Source: Squalus acanthias (taxonomy: Eukaryota). From it: DNA of 64,000 bases. The notes under the pieces are model-generated. The model was not told the origin of the DNA and ran no database searches. It saw only the letters and a list, made by a program, of their open reading frames with translations. A program made the position numbers and the translations under genes. Below are positions 11,571 through 25,544 of this stretch, piece by piece. Position 1 is the stretch's first letter. Each line of letters starts with the position of its first letter. The stretch spans positions 5,518,001-5,582,000 of the forward strand of contig CM059432.1 of assembly GCA_030390025.1 (NCBI GenBank). Direction: 5' to 3'.

Positions 11571-14500
11571 TGTCGTGGTGCATGTAGGTACCAATGATAT
11601 AGGTAAAAAGCGGGAAGAGGTCCTACAAGCAGAATTTAGGGAGCTAGGAGCTAAATTAAAAAGTAGGACCTCTAAGGTAGTAATCTCTGGGTTGCTACCA
11701 GGGCCACGTGCTAATCAGAATAGAGAGAACAGGATAGTGAGATTGAATACGTGGCTTGAGCAGTGGTGCAGGAGGGAGGGATTCAAATTCCTGAGGCATT
11801 GGAACCAGTTCTGGGGGGAGTGGGACCTGTACAAAAGGGACGGTCTGCACTTGGGCAGGACTGGAACCGATGTCCTCGGGGTAATATTTGCTAAAGCAGT
11901 TCGGGAGGATTTAAACTAATATGGCAGGGGAATGGGAACCTATGTAGCGAAACAGGGGGAAGTAATATGCAGTCAGAAACAAATGTTAGAAGGGTGAGAA
12001 ACAATAGGGGAAGGCCGAGTAAACAAAGGCAAGAAACACAAAGGGCCATACTAAATCATAAGTCTAAAAGGACAAAGGATGTTAATAAAACAAGCCTAAA
12101 GGCTCTGTGTCTTAATGCAAGGAGTATCCGTAATAAGGTGGATGAATTGACTGTGCAAATAGATGTTAACGGATACGATGTGATTGGGATTACAGAGACG
12201 TGGCTCCAGAACAATCAAGGCTGTGAACTGAACATCCAGGGGTATTCAACATTCAGAAAGGATAGAATAAAAGGAAAAGGGGGTGGGGTAGCATTGCTGG
12301 TTAAAGAGGAGATTAATGCAATAGCTAGGAAGGACATCAGTTTGGAGGATGTGGAATCAATATGGGTTGAGCTGCAGAACACCAAAGGGCAGAAAACGTT
12401 AGTGGGAGTTGTGTACAGACCTCCAAACAGCAGTAGTGAGGTGGGGGAGGGTATGAAACAGGAAATCAGAGGTGCGTGCAAAAAAGGCACGGCAGTTATC
12501 ATGGGTGACTTTAATATGCATATAGATTGGGCTACTCAAACTGGAAGCAATACGGTGGAGGAGGATTTCCTGGAGTGTTTAAGGGATGGTTTCCTAAACC
12601 AATATGTTGAGGAACCAACTCGAGGGGAGGCCATCCTGGACTGGGTGTTGTGTAATGAGGAAGGACTAATCAGCAATCTTGTGGTACGAGGCCCCCTGGG
12701 GAAGAGTGACCATAGTATGGTGGAGTTCTACATTAGGATGGAGAAGGAAACAGTTAAGTCAGAGACCATGGTCCAGAACTTAAATAAGGGCAACTTTGAG
12801 GGTATGAGGCGTGAATTGCTGAGGTTAAATTGGCAAGCGATATTTAAGGGGCTATCAGTGGAAGGGCAATGGCAGACATTTAGAGATCGCATGGATGAAC
12901 TACAACAATTGTACATCCCGGTCTGGCGTAAAAATAAAAAAGGGAAGGTGGCTCAACCATGGCTAACAAGGGAAATCAGGGATAGTATTAAAAGTTGCAT
13001 ACAAATTGGCCAGAAGTAGCAGCAAACCCGGGGACTGGGAGAACTTCAAAACTCAGCAGAGGAGGACGAAGGGTTTGATTAGGGCAGGGAAAATAAAATA
13101 TGAAAGGAAGCTTGCAGAGAACATTAAAATGGACTGCAAAAGCTTCTATAAATATGTAAAAAGAAAGAGGTTAGTAAAAACAAACGTAGGTCCCCTGCAG
13201 TCGGAAACAGGGGAAGTCGTAATGGGGAACAAGGAAATGGCTGATCAATTGAACAAGTACTTTGGTTCGGTGTTTACTGTGGAGGACACACACAACCTGC
13301 CGGAAATAAAAGGGGTCAGAGGATCTGGTAAGAGGGAGGAGCTGAGGGAAATCCTTATTGGTCGGGAAAAGGTATTGGGGAAATTGATGGGACTGAAGGC
13401 TGAAAAATCCCCGGGGCCTGATGGTCTGCATCCCAGAGTACTTAAGGAGGTGGCCTTGGAAATAGTGGATGCATTGACGATCATTTTCCAACATTCCTTA
13501 GACTCTGGATCAGTTCCGATGGAGTGGAGGGTGGCCAATGTAACCCCTCTTTTTAAAAAAGGAGGGAGGGAGAAAGCAGGGAATTATAGACCGGTCAGCC
13601 TGACATCGGTCGTGGGTAAAATGATGGAAGCAATTATTAAAGATGTCATAACAGACCATTTGGAAAGTGGCGACATGATAGGTCCAAGTCAGCATGGATT
13701 TGTGAAAGGGAAATCATGCTTGACAAATCTTCTGGAATTTTTTGAGGATGTTTCCAATAGGGTGGACAGGGGGGAACCAGTAGATGTGGTGTATTTGGAC
13801 TTTCAGAAGGCCTTCGACAAGGTCCCACACAAGAGATTGGTGAGCAAAGTTAAAGCACATGGGATTGGGGGTAATGTGTTGACGTGGATTGAGAACTGGT
13901 TGGCACACAGGAAACAAAGAGTAGGAGTAAATGGGTACTTTTCAGAATGGCAGGCAGTGACCAGCGGGGTACCGCAGGGTTCGGTGCTGGGACCCCAGCT
14001 GTTTACATTATATATTAATGATTTGGACGAAGGGATTAAATGTAATATCTCCAAATTTGCAGATGACACTAAATTGGGAGGCAGTGTGAACAATGAGGAG
14101 GATGCTAGGAGGCTACAGAGTGACTTGGACAGGTTGGGTGAATGGGCAAATGTATGGCAGATGAAGTACAATGTGGATAAATGTGAGGTTATCCACTTTG
14201 GTGGTAAAAATAGAGAGGCGGACTATTACCTGAATGGTGGCAGATTAGGGAAAGGGGAGGTGCAACGAGACCTGGGCGTCATGGTACATCAGTCACTGAA
14301 GGTGGGAATGCAAGTGCAGCAGGCAGTCAAGAAAGCAAACGGAATGATGGCCTTCATAGTAAGGGGATTTGAGTACAGGAGTAGGGAGGTGATGCTGCAG
14401 TTGTACAGGGCCTTGGTGAGGCCACACCTGGAGTATTGTGCGCAGTTTTGGTCTCCTAACTTAAGGAAGGACATTCTTGCTATTGAGGGAGTGCAGCGAA

Positions 14501-14995
14501 GGTTCACTAGATTGATTCCTGGGATGGCCGGACTGACATATCAAGAAAGATTGGGTCAACTGAACTTGTATCCTCTGGAGTTCAGAAGAATGAGGGGGGA
14601 TCTTATAGAGACATTTAAAATCCTGACTGGTTTAGACAAATTAGATGCAGGCAGAATGTTCCCAATGTTAGGGAAAACTAGAACCAGGGGTCACAGTCTA
14701 AGGATTAAGGGGAAGCCATTTAAGACTGAGCTGAGGAGGAACTTCTTCACCCAGAGAGTGGTGAATCTATGGAATTCTCTTCCACAGAAGGTTGTTGAGG
14801 CCAGTTCGCTAAATATATTCAAAAGGGAGTTAGATATAACACTCACAACTAGGGGGATCAAGGGGTATGGCGAGAAAGCAGGAATGGGGTACTGAGGTAG
14901 CATGTTCAGCCATGAACGCATTGAATGGCGGTGCAGGCTCGAAGGACCGAATGGTCTACTCCTGTACCTATTTTCTATGTTTCTATGTTTCGATG
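11571..14995 (+). mobile_element. Near-complete CR1 LINE (5'-truncated), inserted into an L2 tail
   Basis: Contains the ORF1 SGNH-esterase C-terminus (HVGTND, DGLHL), an AP endonuclease (ITETWL, GDFN, SDH) and RT (GVPQGSVLGP, FADD). One frameshift lies near 13000. It has a (TTCTATG)n tail and a 9-bp TSD TAATATCTC at 11562-11570 and 14996-15004. Confidence 0.95.
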
Positions 14996-15287
14996 TAATA
15001 TCTCCTCCTTTGGCTCAGGGTCAATGTTTGTCTGATTACGCTCCTGTGAAGCACCTTCGGGCATTTTACCACATCCAAGATTCTATATAAATGCAAGTTA
15101 CTGTAAATAATGTAATTACAAAGAGGAAAATCCAAAGTCCGCGTCAACATAAAGATACTCAGACACTATGAACCAGCAAGTGGTCTGAACGATTGCTTTT
15201 ACGGTTCTCCACTGGTGCTTATGATAGAAGTTTTCCCATTGCATATTATTATTTATTTTTGAAGTAAACAGTTGTGTTTCTTTCCAG

Positions 15288-15857
15288 AGAAAGAATGCGT
15301 TGGCAAGGCCTTAGACTTAGTTTTCATCATTGACAGCTCCCGGAGTATACTTCCTCCCGACTTTGAGAGAGTGAAGGAGTTCATCAATAATATTCTCAAA
15401 TTCCTGGATGTCGGCCTGGAAAAGACCAGAGTCGGTCTTGTCCTCTACGGTAGCACCGTCGAAACCGTGTTCTCCCTCAAAACGCACAAGAAGGTGGCGG
15501 ACATGATGAAGTCCGTCAAGGACATGGTGCACCTGGCAACTGGCACCATGACGGGACTGGCCATCGAGTACACGATGAACGTGGCGTTCTCGATGCCGGA
15601 GGGGGCGAGGCCGCTGGACTGGAATATACCGCGAGTGGCGATTATAGTGACAGATGGGAGACCCCAGGACAAGGTGGCAGAGGTGGCAGCTCAAGCGAGA
15701 GACTCCGGTATTCTGATCTTTGCCGTCGGCGTGGGCAGAGTTGACATGAGCACTCTCCGGCTGATAGGGAGCGAGCCGCATGAAAAGCACGTGTTCTTTG
15801 TGCAGAACTTCCGCATGATTCAAAGTCTCCTCTCCGAGTTCCAGACCAAAATATGTG
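15288..15857 (+). CDS. MATN2: Matrilin-2 coding exon 2, vWA1 domain
   Basis: tttctttccag acceptor and G|GTAGGT donor; 570 nt, phase 1-1. It encodes [11 protein letters not shown] (MIDAS), [17 protein letters not shown] and [17 protein letters not shown], which closely resemble MATN2 vWA1. Confidence 0.95.
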
Positions 15858-16194
15858 GTAGGTTTCTCGGGCGTTGTATTGTCATGTTTTACGCACACTG
15901 GGGGAGAAATTCATTGTAGCCCCGTTTGGGTCGCTAACTTTTTTTTAAATTCGGTTTTAGGCTCCTGTCGGTCAAAATGTTTACATGATGAGCTGTTTTG
16001 ACAGCTGGGTCACGCATTTATTGTTGTATTTGAGACGTATTTCAGTTTACCTATATTTTTTTTTTAAATGACTATATTGAAAATTGAAATAAAACGCAAG
16101 GGTTCTAAATAAATTCAAACACTTCATTGCTCACCTTCAAACATTAATCAGTTTTTGATCTAGTTCGATTCATGATCCAACAATGTTGTGATTT

Positions 16195-16612
16195 AGACCA
16201 TAACCTCTGCCCCTACCTTTTATTTCCCTTTACTTCCCCCATTTTTTTTCTCTCTCTCACATGTCGATCATTCTGCCATCGCCATTCTGCCATCTTTTGT
16301 TTCTTAACTTGTCCCATTACCATCTCCTTTTGCCTCGCACCATCATCCCTTTTGTCTGTTAATCTCTCCTGCCTTCCACCCTATCACAGACCTTCCCTTT
16401 TGCTCTTTCCTCCCCTCCCCCCTTTTCCTGCCCCTGCACTTGCTTAAAAACCTGTTCCATCTCCAGCTTTTTCCAGTTCTGATGAAAGGTCATCGACCTG
16501 AAACATTAACACTGTTTCTCTCTCCACAGATGCTGCCTGACCTGCTGAGTGTTTCCAGCATTTCCTGTTTTTATTTCAGATTTCCAGCATCCGCAGTATT
16601 TTGCTTTTGTAG
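16195..16612 (+). mobile_element. Solo 3' end of Penelope-like family A
   Basis: Near-identical to about 27810-28188, including the hammerhead core. Confidence 0.85.
16476..16510 (+). ncRNA. Minimal hammerhead ribozyme core (helix III mutated)
   Basis: GTT CTGATGA A AGGTC-ATC-GACCT GAAA CATT AAC. Confidence 0.7.
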
Positions 16613-18615
16613 CAATGTTGTGATTTACTTAAGTCCAGTATTTTGAAAGGCTTGTGATACTTACAAGAAAGTAAATGATCTGTCTAAAAATACACAGAAA
16701 TATCTCAGTTCACCCCATTGATGAAGAAGTTAATCATAGCAAATAATCATTGTACATGACTCGCATGGTATCCACAACTCTTGGTAAACATTTCTCAAAT
16801 GGAACCCATTTTATGTTTCCAAATTCTACTATAGAATTCTGTAACACAAACAAAAGATATGAACTTATTTTCCATATTTACAGATTAAATACAATAATTA
16901 AATACAAAAATTAAATAAATACAAATACACTCCAGGCTCTGCAAGGGGGAAAACTTACCTGGTCCCCAACGGCAGCTGCGATCTGGCCCGATCAGCCCGA
17001 TGCACTGCAGCAGAGTGCCGGGCTGATCGAGCGCTGGCGAAGACAAATGGACAAAAAAAAAAGAGAACGAGCATTTGAGATTTTTTTTCCACTTACCTCG
17101 GCCGCCTGGCCTTTAAGTCTCGCCCCCGAAGCGCCCGGCCTCCCGATCAGCGCCTCCCGCAGCTGCCGGTGTTGTCGCCCGGCAATGCTGCGGGGGGGGG
17201 GCCGGAACCGAAGTTCGGGTCCGGGGCGCTAGCGGGGCGATGCGCACGGCGATGACGTCACGATCGCCGGGCGAAGGAGATCGGGGGCGCAACGCCGTGC
17301 CGCCGCCGCAAACCTCCCGCCGAATGTAGCGGGAGTCGATCTTCTCGCCGCGCCCGGGCGGTAAGTGCTCAGCGCCCCGTCAGCGCCCCATCAGCGCCCC
17401 GTTAGCGCCCCCGGAGGCGATAATGGGAGGTGCTATGATGCCCAATTTCTAGCCCACTGTTTAAAAGTAAGCCAAGTCACAGAAAGTAGTTGGCTCAGTT
17501 GGTAGCACCCTCTCCTGTAGCAAATCCAGAAGGTTGTGGGTTCAAGTCCCACTCCAGAGACTTGAGTACAAAATCTAGGCTGATGCTCCCGTGCAGGGCT
17601 GACGGAGTGCCGCACTGTCGGAGGTGACGTCTTTTGGATGAGATGTTGAACTGAGGCCCCGTCTGACCTCTCAGGTGGATATAAAAGATCCCACGGCACT
17701 ATTTCAAAGAAGAGCAGGGGAGTTATCCCTGGTCTCTTGGCCAATATTTATCCCTCAATCAACATCACTAAACAGATGATCTGGTCATAATCACATTGTG
17801 ATCTTGCTGTGCGCAAATTGGCTGCTGAGTTTCCTACATTACAACAGCGACTACACTTCAAAAAGTACTTCATTGGCTGTAAAGCACTTTGGGACGTCCT
17901 GAGGTCGTGAAAGGTGCTGTAGAAATGCAAGTCTGTCTTTAAATTAGATTTGAGAAATGATTACGTAAAGATCCAACTCTGCAACCAGCAGTTAGGAATG
18001 AATAAGCCTTTTTAAGTTTGCTGGCCCAGATCAATTTGGCTTTCAATACAATACAGATGCATCAAACTCACGACCATTCAATTCTAGCCAATCAGTACCC
18101 CTTAGCCCAAAACTACAGTCATTACCATTAACTTATTGAGCCCTCTTACCCTCAGTATAAGTTGCTAGGGCTAACCCCAGAGTCCACTTAACATTGGTTT
18201 AATACAATTTAGGTACATTCATTACTAAGAACAACGTTTCTTAATCAAAAAATATATGTAATGCGCAGGTTTAATTATGCAGGATGTTTCATAGATTCAT
18301 ACAGCTCAGAAGGAGACCATTCGGCCCATCGTGTCTGTGCCGGCTCTTTGAAAGAGCTCTCCAATTACTCCCACTCCCCCCTGCTCTTTCCCCATAGCCC
18401 TGTACATTTTTCCTTTTTAAGTATTTATCCAATTCCCTTTTGAAAGTTACCATTGAATCTGCTTCCACCGCCCTTTCAGGCAGCGCATTCCAGATCGTAA
18501 CAACTCGCTGTGGTAAAAAAACAACTCATCGTCTCCACCCTCTGGTTCTTTTGCCACGTGTGTTTATCTTAAGCATTGTACTGACGGTAAACCATTCTCT
18601 TTTTACTGTTTATAG

Positions 18616-18738
18616 ATACAGACCTTTGTGGAGTGATTGGCCACGGATGTGAGCAGATCTGTATTAACAAGCCAGGATCTTACATTTGTAAATGTAAAGA
18701 AGGATTCATCCTAAATGCTGATCAGAAAACTTGCAGAA
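18616..18738 (+). CDS. MATN2: Matrilin-2 coding exon 3, EGF-like repeat 1
   Basis: tttatag acceptor and GTAAGG donor; 123 nt, phase 1-1. [40 protein letters not shown] has 6 Cys. Not in the supplied ORF track. Confidence 0.93.
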
Positions 18739-18987
18739 GTAAGGCGGGTTTATGTTTCAATTTAAATCTCTTTGATGGTTTGAATAGAAACTACGTTGAC
18801 GCCACTTGAAGTTCTCGTGGTCCTCATGAATGTTCGAGAAGGTTCAGAGCTGATCTGAAAATGTTTTGAGGGAATAGCTTAGTGTGCGCAGCACCTGTGG
18901 TGAGTTAGGACTAGAAATTCTCTGCCTGCACACAAATTGGCTGACCTTGCATTCTAATGAGGGGTTTGGATCGAGTAGATAGGGAGA

Positions 18988-20078
18988 CGCTGAGCTTCCG
19001 ATTCCATGTCGGCCCCATCGCCCAGACCACCTACATCCACCTCCGTAACATTGCCCGTCTCCGCCCCTACCTCAGCTCATCTGCTGCTGAAACCCTCATC
19101 CATGCCTTCGTTACCTCTAGAAACATAGAAACATAGGAGCAGGAGTCGGCCATTCGGCCCTTCGAGCCTGCTCCGCCATTCAATATGATCATGGCTGATC
19201 CTCTATCTCAATACCATATCCCCGCTCTCTCCCCATACCCCTTGATGCCTTTTGTGTCTAGAAATCTATCTAACTCCTTCTTAAATATATTCAGTGACTT
19301 GACCTCCACAGCCTTCTGTGGTAGAGAATTCCACAGGTTCACCACCCTCTGAGTGAAGAAATTTCTCCTCATCTCAGTCCTAAATGTCCTACCCCGTATC
19401 CTGAGACTGTGACTCCTCGTTCTAGACCCCCCAGCCAGGGGAAACATCCTCCCTGCATCCAGTCTGTCTCGCCCTGTCAGAATTTTATTCGTTTCAATGA
19501 GATCCCCTCTCATTCTTCTAAACTCTAGTGAATACAGGCCGAGTCGACCCACTCGACTGTTCCAAAGCTCTCCTGGCTGGCCTCCCACCTTGCACATCCA
19601 AACTCTCTTGCCCGTGACCTGACTCGCACCAAGTCCCGTTCACCCATCACCCCCTGAGCTCGCTGACCTACATTGGCTCCCAGTCCGGCAACGCCTCGAT
19701 TTTAAAATTCTCATCCTTGTTTTCAAATCGTTCCATGGCCTCGTCCCTCCCTATCTCTGTAACCTCCTCCACCCCTACAACCCTCCGAGATCTCTGCGCT
19801 CCTCCAATTCTGGCCTCTTGCTCACCCCCGATTTCTATCGATCCACCATTAGTGGCTGTGCCTTCAGCTGCCTTGGCCCCTAAGCTCTGGAATTCCCTTC
19901 CTGAACCTCTCCGCCTCTCTCTCCTCTTTTAAGGTGTTCCTTAAAATTTTTGGTCATCTGTCCTAATATCTCCTTATGTGGCTCGTGTCAAATTTTGTTT
20001 GATTACGCTCCTGTGAAGCACCTTGGGCCATTTTACTACTTTAAAGGTGCTATATAAATGCAAGTTGTGTTGTTGTTG
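18988..20078 (+). mobile_element. L2 LINE 3' part with a nested antisense CR1 (about 19120-19550)
   Basis: Encodes ETLIHAFVTSR..., SPITP.LADLHWL..RQRLDFKIL and ends in a (GTT)n tail. Other L2 pieces lie at about 1-145, 620-1075, 11140-11570 and 30340-30750. Confidence 0.85.
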
Positions 20079-20082
20079 ACAG

Positions 20083-20205
20083 AGATTGACCACTGCGCTC
20101 TTGGAAACCATGGCTGTGAGCACGAATGTGCCAACACGGAAACCTCCTATATCTGCCGATGTCATACAGGACACACACTGAATCCAGACAAGAAGACGTG
20201 TCGAC
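20083..20205 (+). CDS. MATN2: Matrilin-2 coding exon 4, EGF-like repeat 2
   Basis: gacag acceptor and GTAAGT donor; 123 nt. [40 protein letters not shown]. Confidence 0.93.
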
Positions 20206-21149
20206 GTAAGTGTCCGTCCGGGCGTTTACCTTTTCCTAAGAATTTAACTTGTTTCATCTGTATTTTTTCCTCGGTGCTGTAGGATTCCCATGTCTTTATA
20301 TGGTGAGCTGTATCGGACATCTATTTTGTCTCTCACTTTTCTTCTGAGAATGAATCTGGAACTCTCGTCTCCCAAAAGCTGTTGAGGCGAGGTCAAGTGA
20401 TAGAATTTTGTTGAGGCAAGGGTTACGGAACCAAGGCGGGTAAATGGAGTTGAGAGACAGATCAGCCGTGATCTCGTTATAGTGTCAGCCGTGGCTCAGT
20501 GGGCAGCACTCTCGCCTCGGAGTCAGAAGGTCGCGGGCTCAAGAGACTTGCGCACAAAAATCTAGGCTGACACTCCAGTGCAGTACTGAGGGAGCGCTGC
20601 ACTGTCAGAGGTGCCGTCTTTTGGATGAAACTTTAAACCGAGGCCCGGTCTGTCCTCTCAGGTGGACGTAAAAGATCCCACGGCCACTATTTTGAAGAAG
20701 CACAGGGGAATTATCCCCATTGTCCTGGGCCAATATTTATCCCTCAATCAACATCACTAAAAGCAGATTATCTGGTCATTATCACACAGCTGTTTGTGGG
20801 AGCTTGCTGTGCGCAAATTGGCTGCCTGTGTTTCCTACATTACAACAGTGACTATGCTTCAAAAAGTACTTCATTGGCTGTAAAGCGCTTTGGGACGTCC
20901 AGCGGTTGTGAAAGGCGCTATAGAAATGCAAGATATTCTTTCTTTCATTGAATGGCGGAACAGGCTCAAGGGGCTGAATGGCCTCCTCCTGTTCCTATGG
21001 CGTGTGTGAAAAATGTTGTTACTGATGTAACTATTTCTGAAATAACTGAGGTTCAGGCTGCAGGGCAGTGGTTTCTTCAAGCACACTGGCACTGGGCTGG
21101 GTTTTATCGGTTCTTAGCTCAGGTCCTCGGTAGTGTGGAGCACTACATA

Positions 21150-22240
21150 AGTAAGCTCCCCGCTGGAGTGGTGCTAATTTACAGAACAAACGGGAAACTG
21201 TTCAACCTCCGTCACCTCCAGTCCAGATCCAAGGTCGTCCCATCCTCTGTCGTCGAATTACAGTATGCAGACGACGCTTGCGTCTGCGCTCACTCGGAGG
21301 TCGAACTCCAAACCATCGTCAACAACTTCACCGAAGCGTACGAGAGCATGGGCCTTACACTAAACATCCGTAAGACAAAGGTCCTCTACCAACCTGCCTC
21401 CGCCACACAGTACTGCCCCCCGATTATCAAAATCCACGACAAGGCCTTGGACAACGTGGACCACTTTCCATACCTCGGGAGCCTACTGTCAACAAGGGCA
21501 GACGTTGATGATGAAGTCCAACACCGCCTTCAGTGGGCCAGTGCAGCCTTCGGTCGCCTGAGGAAGAAAGTGTTTGAAGACCAGGACCTCAAACCTGGCA
21601 CTAAGCTCATGGTCTACAGAGCAGCAGTGATACCCGCCCTCCTGTATGCCTCAGAGACATGGGACATGGACCATGTACAGCAGGTACATCAAAGCACTGG
21701 AGAGGTACCACCAACGCTGCCTCCGCAAGATCCTGCAAATCCATTGGCAGGATAGGCGCACCAACGTCAGCGTTCTTGCTCAGGCCAACATCCCCAGCAT
21801 CGAAGCTTTGACCACGCTTGATCAGCTCCGATGGACGGGCCACATCATCCGCATGCCCGATACAAGACTCCCAAAACAAGCGCTCTACTCGGAGCTCCAA
21901 CAAGGCAAGAGAGCCCCAGGTGGGCAGAGGAAACGCTTCAAGGACACCCTCAAAGTCTCTTGAAAAAGTGCAACATCCCCACCGACACCTGGGAATCCCT
22001 GGCCCAAGACCGCACAAAGTGGAGGAGAAACATCCGGGAAGGTGCCGAACGCCTCGAGTCTCTTCGCCGGGAGCAAGCGGAAGCCAAGCGCAAACAGCGG
22101 AAGGAGCGCACGTCAACCCAAGCACCCCACCCACCCGCCCCTTCAACCACCGTCTGCCCCATCTGTGACAGAGACTGTAGGTCCCACATTGGACTCATCA
22201 GTCACCTGAGAACTCATTTTTAGTGTGGAAGCAAGTCATC
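21150..22240 (+). mobile_element. RTE-clade LINE 3' part
   Basis: Encodes YRTNGKLFNLR..LQYADD, FPYLGS, QLRWTGH..RM...RLPKQ and a C-terminal CPICDRDC..HIGLISHLRTH zinc finger. It is frameshifted. Confidence 0.9.
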
Positions 22241-24673
22241 CTCGGTTCCGAGGGACTGCCTAAGAAGAAGATGATAATGGAGGTAGCTGTCCCTCACTTC
22301 ACCACAAGTGCACGTCCTAGTCGCAAAGCGGCAGTGGCCGCTGTCATCACCTGGAATGGTCTAAGTGAACAAGCCAATGCAGCGATGAGAGGCTCTGTGA
22401 AACATTAATGAAGAGGGGCAATGAAGAAATCAAAGCTAACAGATCGTGAGGTTAACAACACAGTTCAAACTCCAGATTGATAGTCAGCACAGATATAGGA
22501 ACATAGGAACAGGAGGAGGCCATTCAGCCCCTCGAGCCTGTCCCGCCATTCAATGAGCTCAGGGCTGATCTGTATCTGTGATTTTTTTTTTAATATAGAT
22601 TTTCTCATTGTGTGGGTGACGCTGATAAGGCCACATTTATTGTCCATCCCTAGTTGCCCTGAGAGGTGGTGGTGGACCTTCTCCTTGAGCTGCTGCAGTC
22701 CTTGTGGTGATGATGCTTCCCCCAATGCTGTTAGGTAGGGAATTCCAGGATATTGGCCCAGCAACATTGAAAGAACGATGATACATGTCCAAGTCAGGAT
22801 GGCGTGGGACCTGGTGGGGAACTTTCAGGTGATAGTGTTCCCACTATATTGCTCCTCTTGTCCTTACATAGATAGTTACATAGTATTTACAGCACAGAAA
22901 CAGGCAATTCAGCCCAACAGGTCCGTGCCGGTGTTTATGCTCCACACGAGCCTCCTCCCACCCTATTTCATCTCACCCTCTCAGCATATCCTTCTATTCC
23001 TTTCTCCCTCATGTGTTTATCTAGCTTCCCCTTAAATGCATCTATGCTATTTGCCTCAATTATTCCATGTGGTAGCGAGTTCCACATTCTAACCATATTG
23101 GATTTATTACTGACTGTCTTATATTTGTGGCCCCTAGTTCTGGTCTCCCCCGCAAGGGGAAACATCTTCTCTGCATTCTTTCTTGGTGGTAGAGATCACA
23201 TGGGAGGAAGGTACCATCAAAATAACCCTGGGGAATTGCTGTAGGTTTTTTTTTATTTGTTTTTATGGGATGTGGGCGATCGCTGGTAAGGCCAGCATTT
23301 ATTGCCCATCCCTAATTGTCCTTGAGAAGGTGGTGGTGAGCCGCCTTCTTGAACCGCTGCAGTCCGTGTGGTGAAGGTGCTCCCACAGTGCTGTTAGGGA
23401 GGGAGTTCCAGGATTTTGACCCAGCGACGATGAAGGATCGGCGATATACTTCTAAGTCAGGATGGTGTGTGACTTGGAGGGGAACTTGGAGGTGGTGGTG
23501 TTCCCATGCGCCTGCTGCCCTTGTCCTTCTAGGTGGAAGAAGTCGCGAGTTTGGGAGGTGCTGCCGAAGAAGCCTTGGCGAGTTGCTGCAGTGCATCTTG
23601 TAGATGGTACACACTGCAGCCACGGTATGCCGGTGGTGGAGGGAGTGGATGTTTAAGGTGGTAGAGGGGGTGCCAATCAAATGGGCTGCTTTGTCCTGGA
23701 TGGTGTCGAGCTTCTTGAGTGTTGTTGAAGCTGCGCTCATCCAGGCAAGTGGAGAGAATTCCATCACACTCCTTACTTGTGCCTTATAGATGGTAGAAAG
23801 GCTTTGGGGAGTCAGGAGGTGAGACACTCGCCGCAGAATACCTAGCCTCTGACCTGCTCTTGTTGCCACAGTATTTATGTGGCTAGTCCAGTTAAGTTTC
23901 TGGTCAATGGTGGTTGTATATACTGCAGCCACAGTGCACCGATGATGGATGGATATTGAGCTCAGTGGCAAGGGCACTGATCAAGCGAACTGCTCTGGTC
24001 TGGATGGTGTTGAACTATGAGTGTTGCTGTGACTGCACCCAGCCAAATGAGTGATGAGCTTTCCATTACCCGCCTGGCCTGAGCTTTGTAGATGGTGCAG
24101 AGACTTTGTTGGGTTAGGAAATGAGCCACTCTTCGCAGAGTACCCAGCCTCTTCCCTGCTCTTGTAGTCGGTGTTGATAAAGCTGCTCCATTTAAGCTTC
24201 TGGTCAATGTTGACTCCCAAAGATGGTGGGGAGACTGGGCAAAGGTGGTGACATTGAAGGTCAGGGGAGATGGTTGGGCTTTCTCTTGTTTCAGATGTTC
24301 ATTACCAGACACTTGTGTGGCATGAGGGTAACCTGCCACTTGTCAACCCAATCCTGGGTGTTATTCAGGTCCTGCTGTAGGTTGGCCTGGGCTGATTCCT
24401 CAGAAACAGTCAACTGGTCTGACAGTTATGAGATCTTGAACACATCCTAGGAGACAATTACAAAGCAGAGGCACAGAAATAGATTGCTTGTCCAGTATCT
24501 TTCAAGAGGCAACCCAAAAAAATGGTGAAAGCAAGTCATTAGAGAGAATAGGTTGCCCAATTTTTTTTTAAAGAAGTGCTACTTTTATCCCTCGCCCTCC
24601 ATTCTATTGAGTAGATTGGGCCTATACTCTCTGGAGTTTAGAAGAATGAGAGGTGATCTCATTGAAACATTAA

Positions 24674-25544
24674 GGCCGCGATTTTGTCATTGGATGCAGC
24701 TTGGGAGCGGGTCAGCTGGTTTCCGGGTTCCAGTCCCGCCCCCAACTGCATCCGGCCAACGGACGTGATTTTACGTCGATTGACCTTGTTAACCCCGCCC
24801 TGCGGTCTTATCGGCCAATTAAGAGGAAGCCGGTCAGATGACATCATTTGATGCCGCGTCATCTGCCGGTTTTCTTAAAGGGACCACGCACCAATTTTTT
24901 TTGACAGCTCATTTCTCAGTGTTTGACAGCATTGAGGTGCTGCAAACACTGACAATCGCTGTACAAAGGTGAGCTCTTGCACCCAGGCTCTCCAGTAACT
25001 CCCTCCTTAGGCTAGAACAGATGGCAGCTGCAGGTGAGGTTACAGAAGCGATCTGTCACTGGTGAGAGAGGTTCTCCCAATGAGGTGGGACTAGACATCC
25101 AAATCAAAACTTGTTACCTACAGAAAAGAGTAAATACATTAAAAATGATTTTCCTAACATTTTACCTCTGAAACTCACCAGTGCACCATTGGATCTTCAC
25201 ACCACTTCTGCAGCTGTCATCAATGCAGAAACATTACAGCAGACTCACAGCACGCCACACTTACCTGGCGTGGTGTCCGGATGTCGGGAAACCTGAGGCA
25301 GAAGCGGCAAAATTGAAAAAGAGCCTGTTAACAAGTATCAAGTACCTGTTAACAGGAAGGTAAGTGGCTTTAATCCTCTTCCCGCCACTAGGTGTCGGGT
25401 CCATGTTCAAATCGGGGACCCGACACTTGGGAGATTGATTGGAGGCGGGTTGACAGCGGGTTTCCTGCCCGCTGTCAATCTTTGCGATTTTGACAGCGGT
25501 CCCGCCTCCAAACCCGCCCCCTGAGCGCCGGCAAAATTCCGGCC
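24674..25544. mobile_element. PIF/Harbinger-type non-autonomous element inside a CR1
   Basis: Ends are GGCCGCGATTTTG / CAAAATTCCGGCC with TAA-like flanks. An internal piece resembles the start of the Myb gene near 54250. Confidence 0.7.

Noticed and set aside
11967..14895. Longest ORFs (350 and 629 aa) as a host gene or novel RT system
   Set aside because: They are standard CR1 ORF2 pieces with a LINE tail and a TSD.
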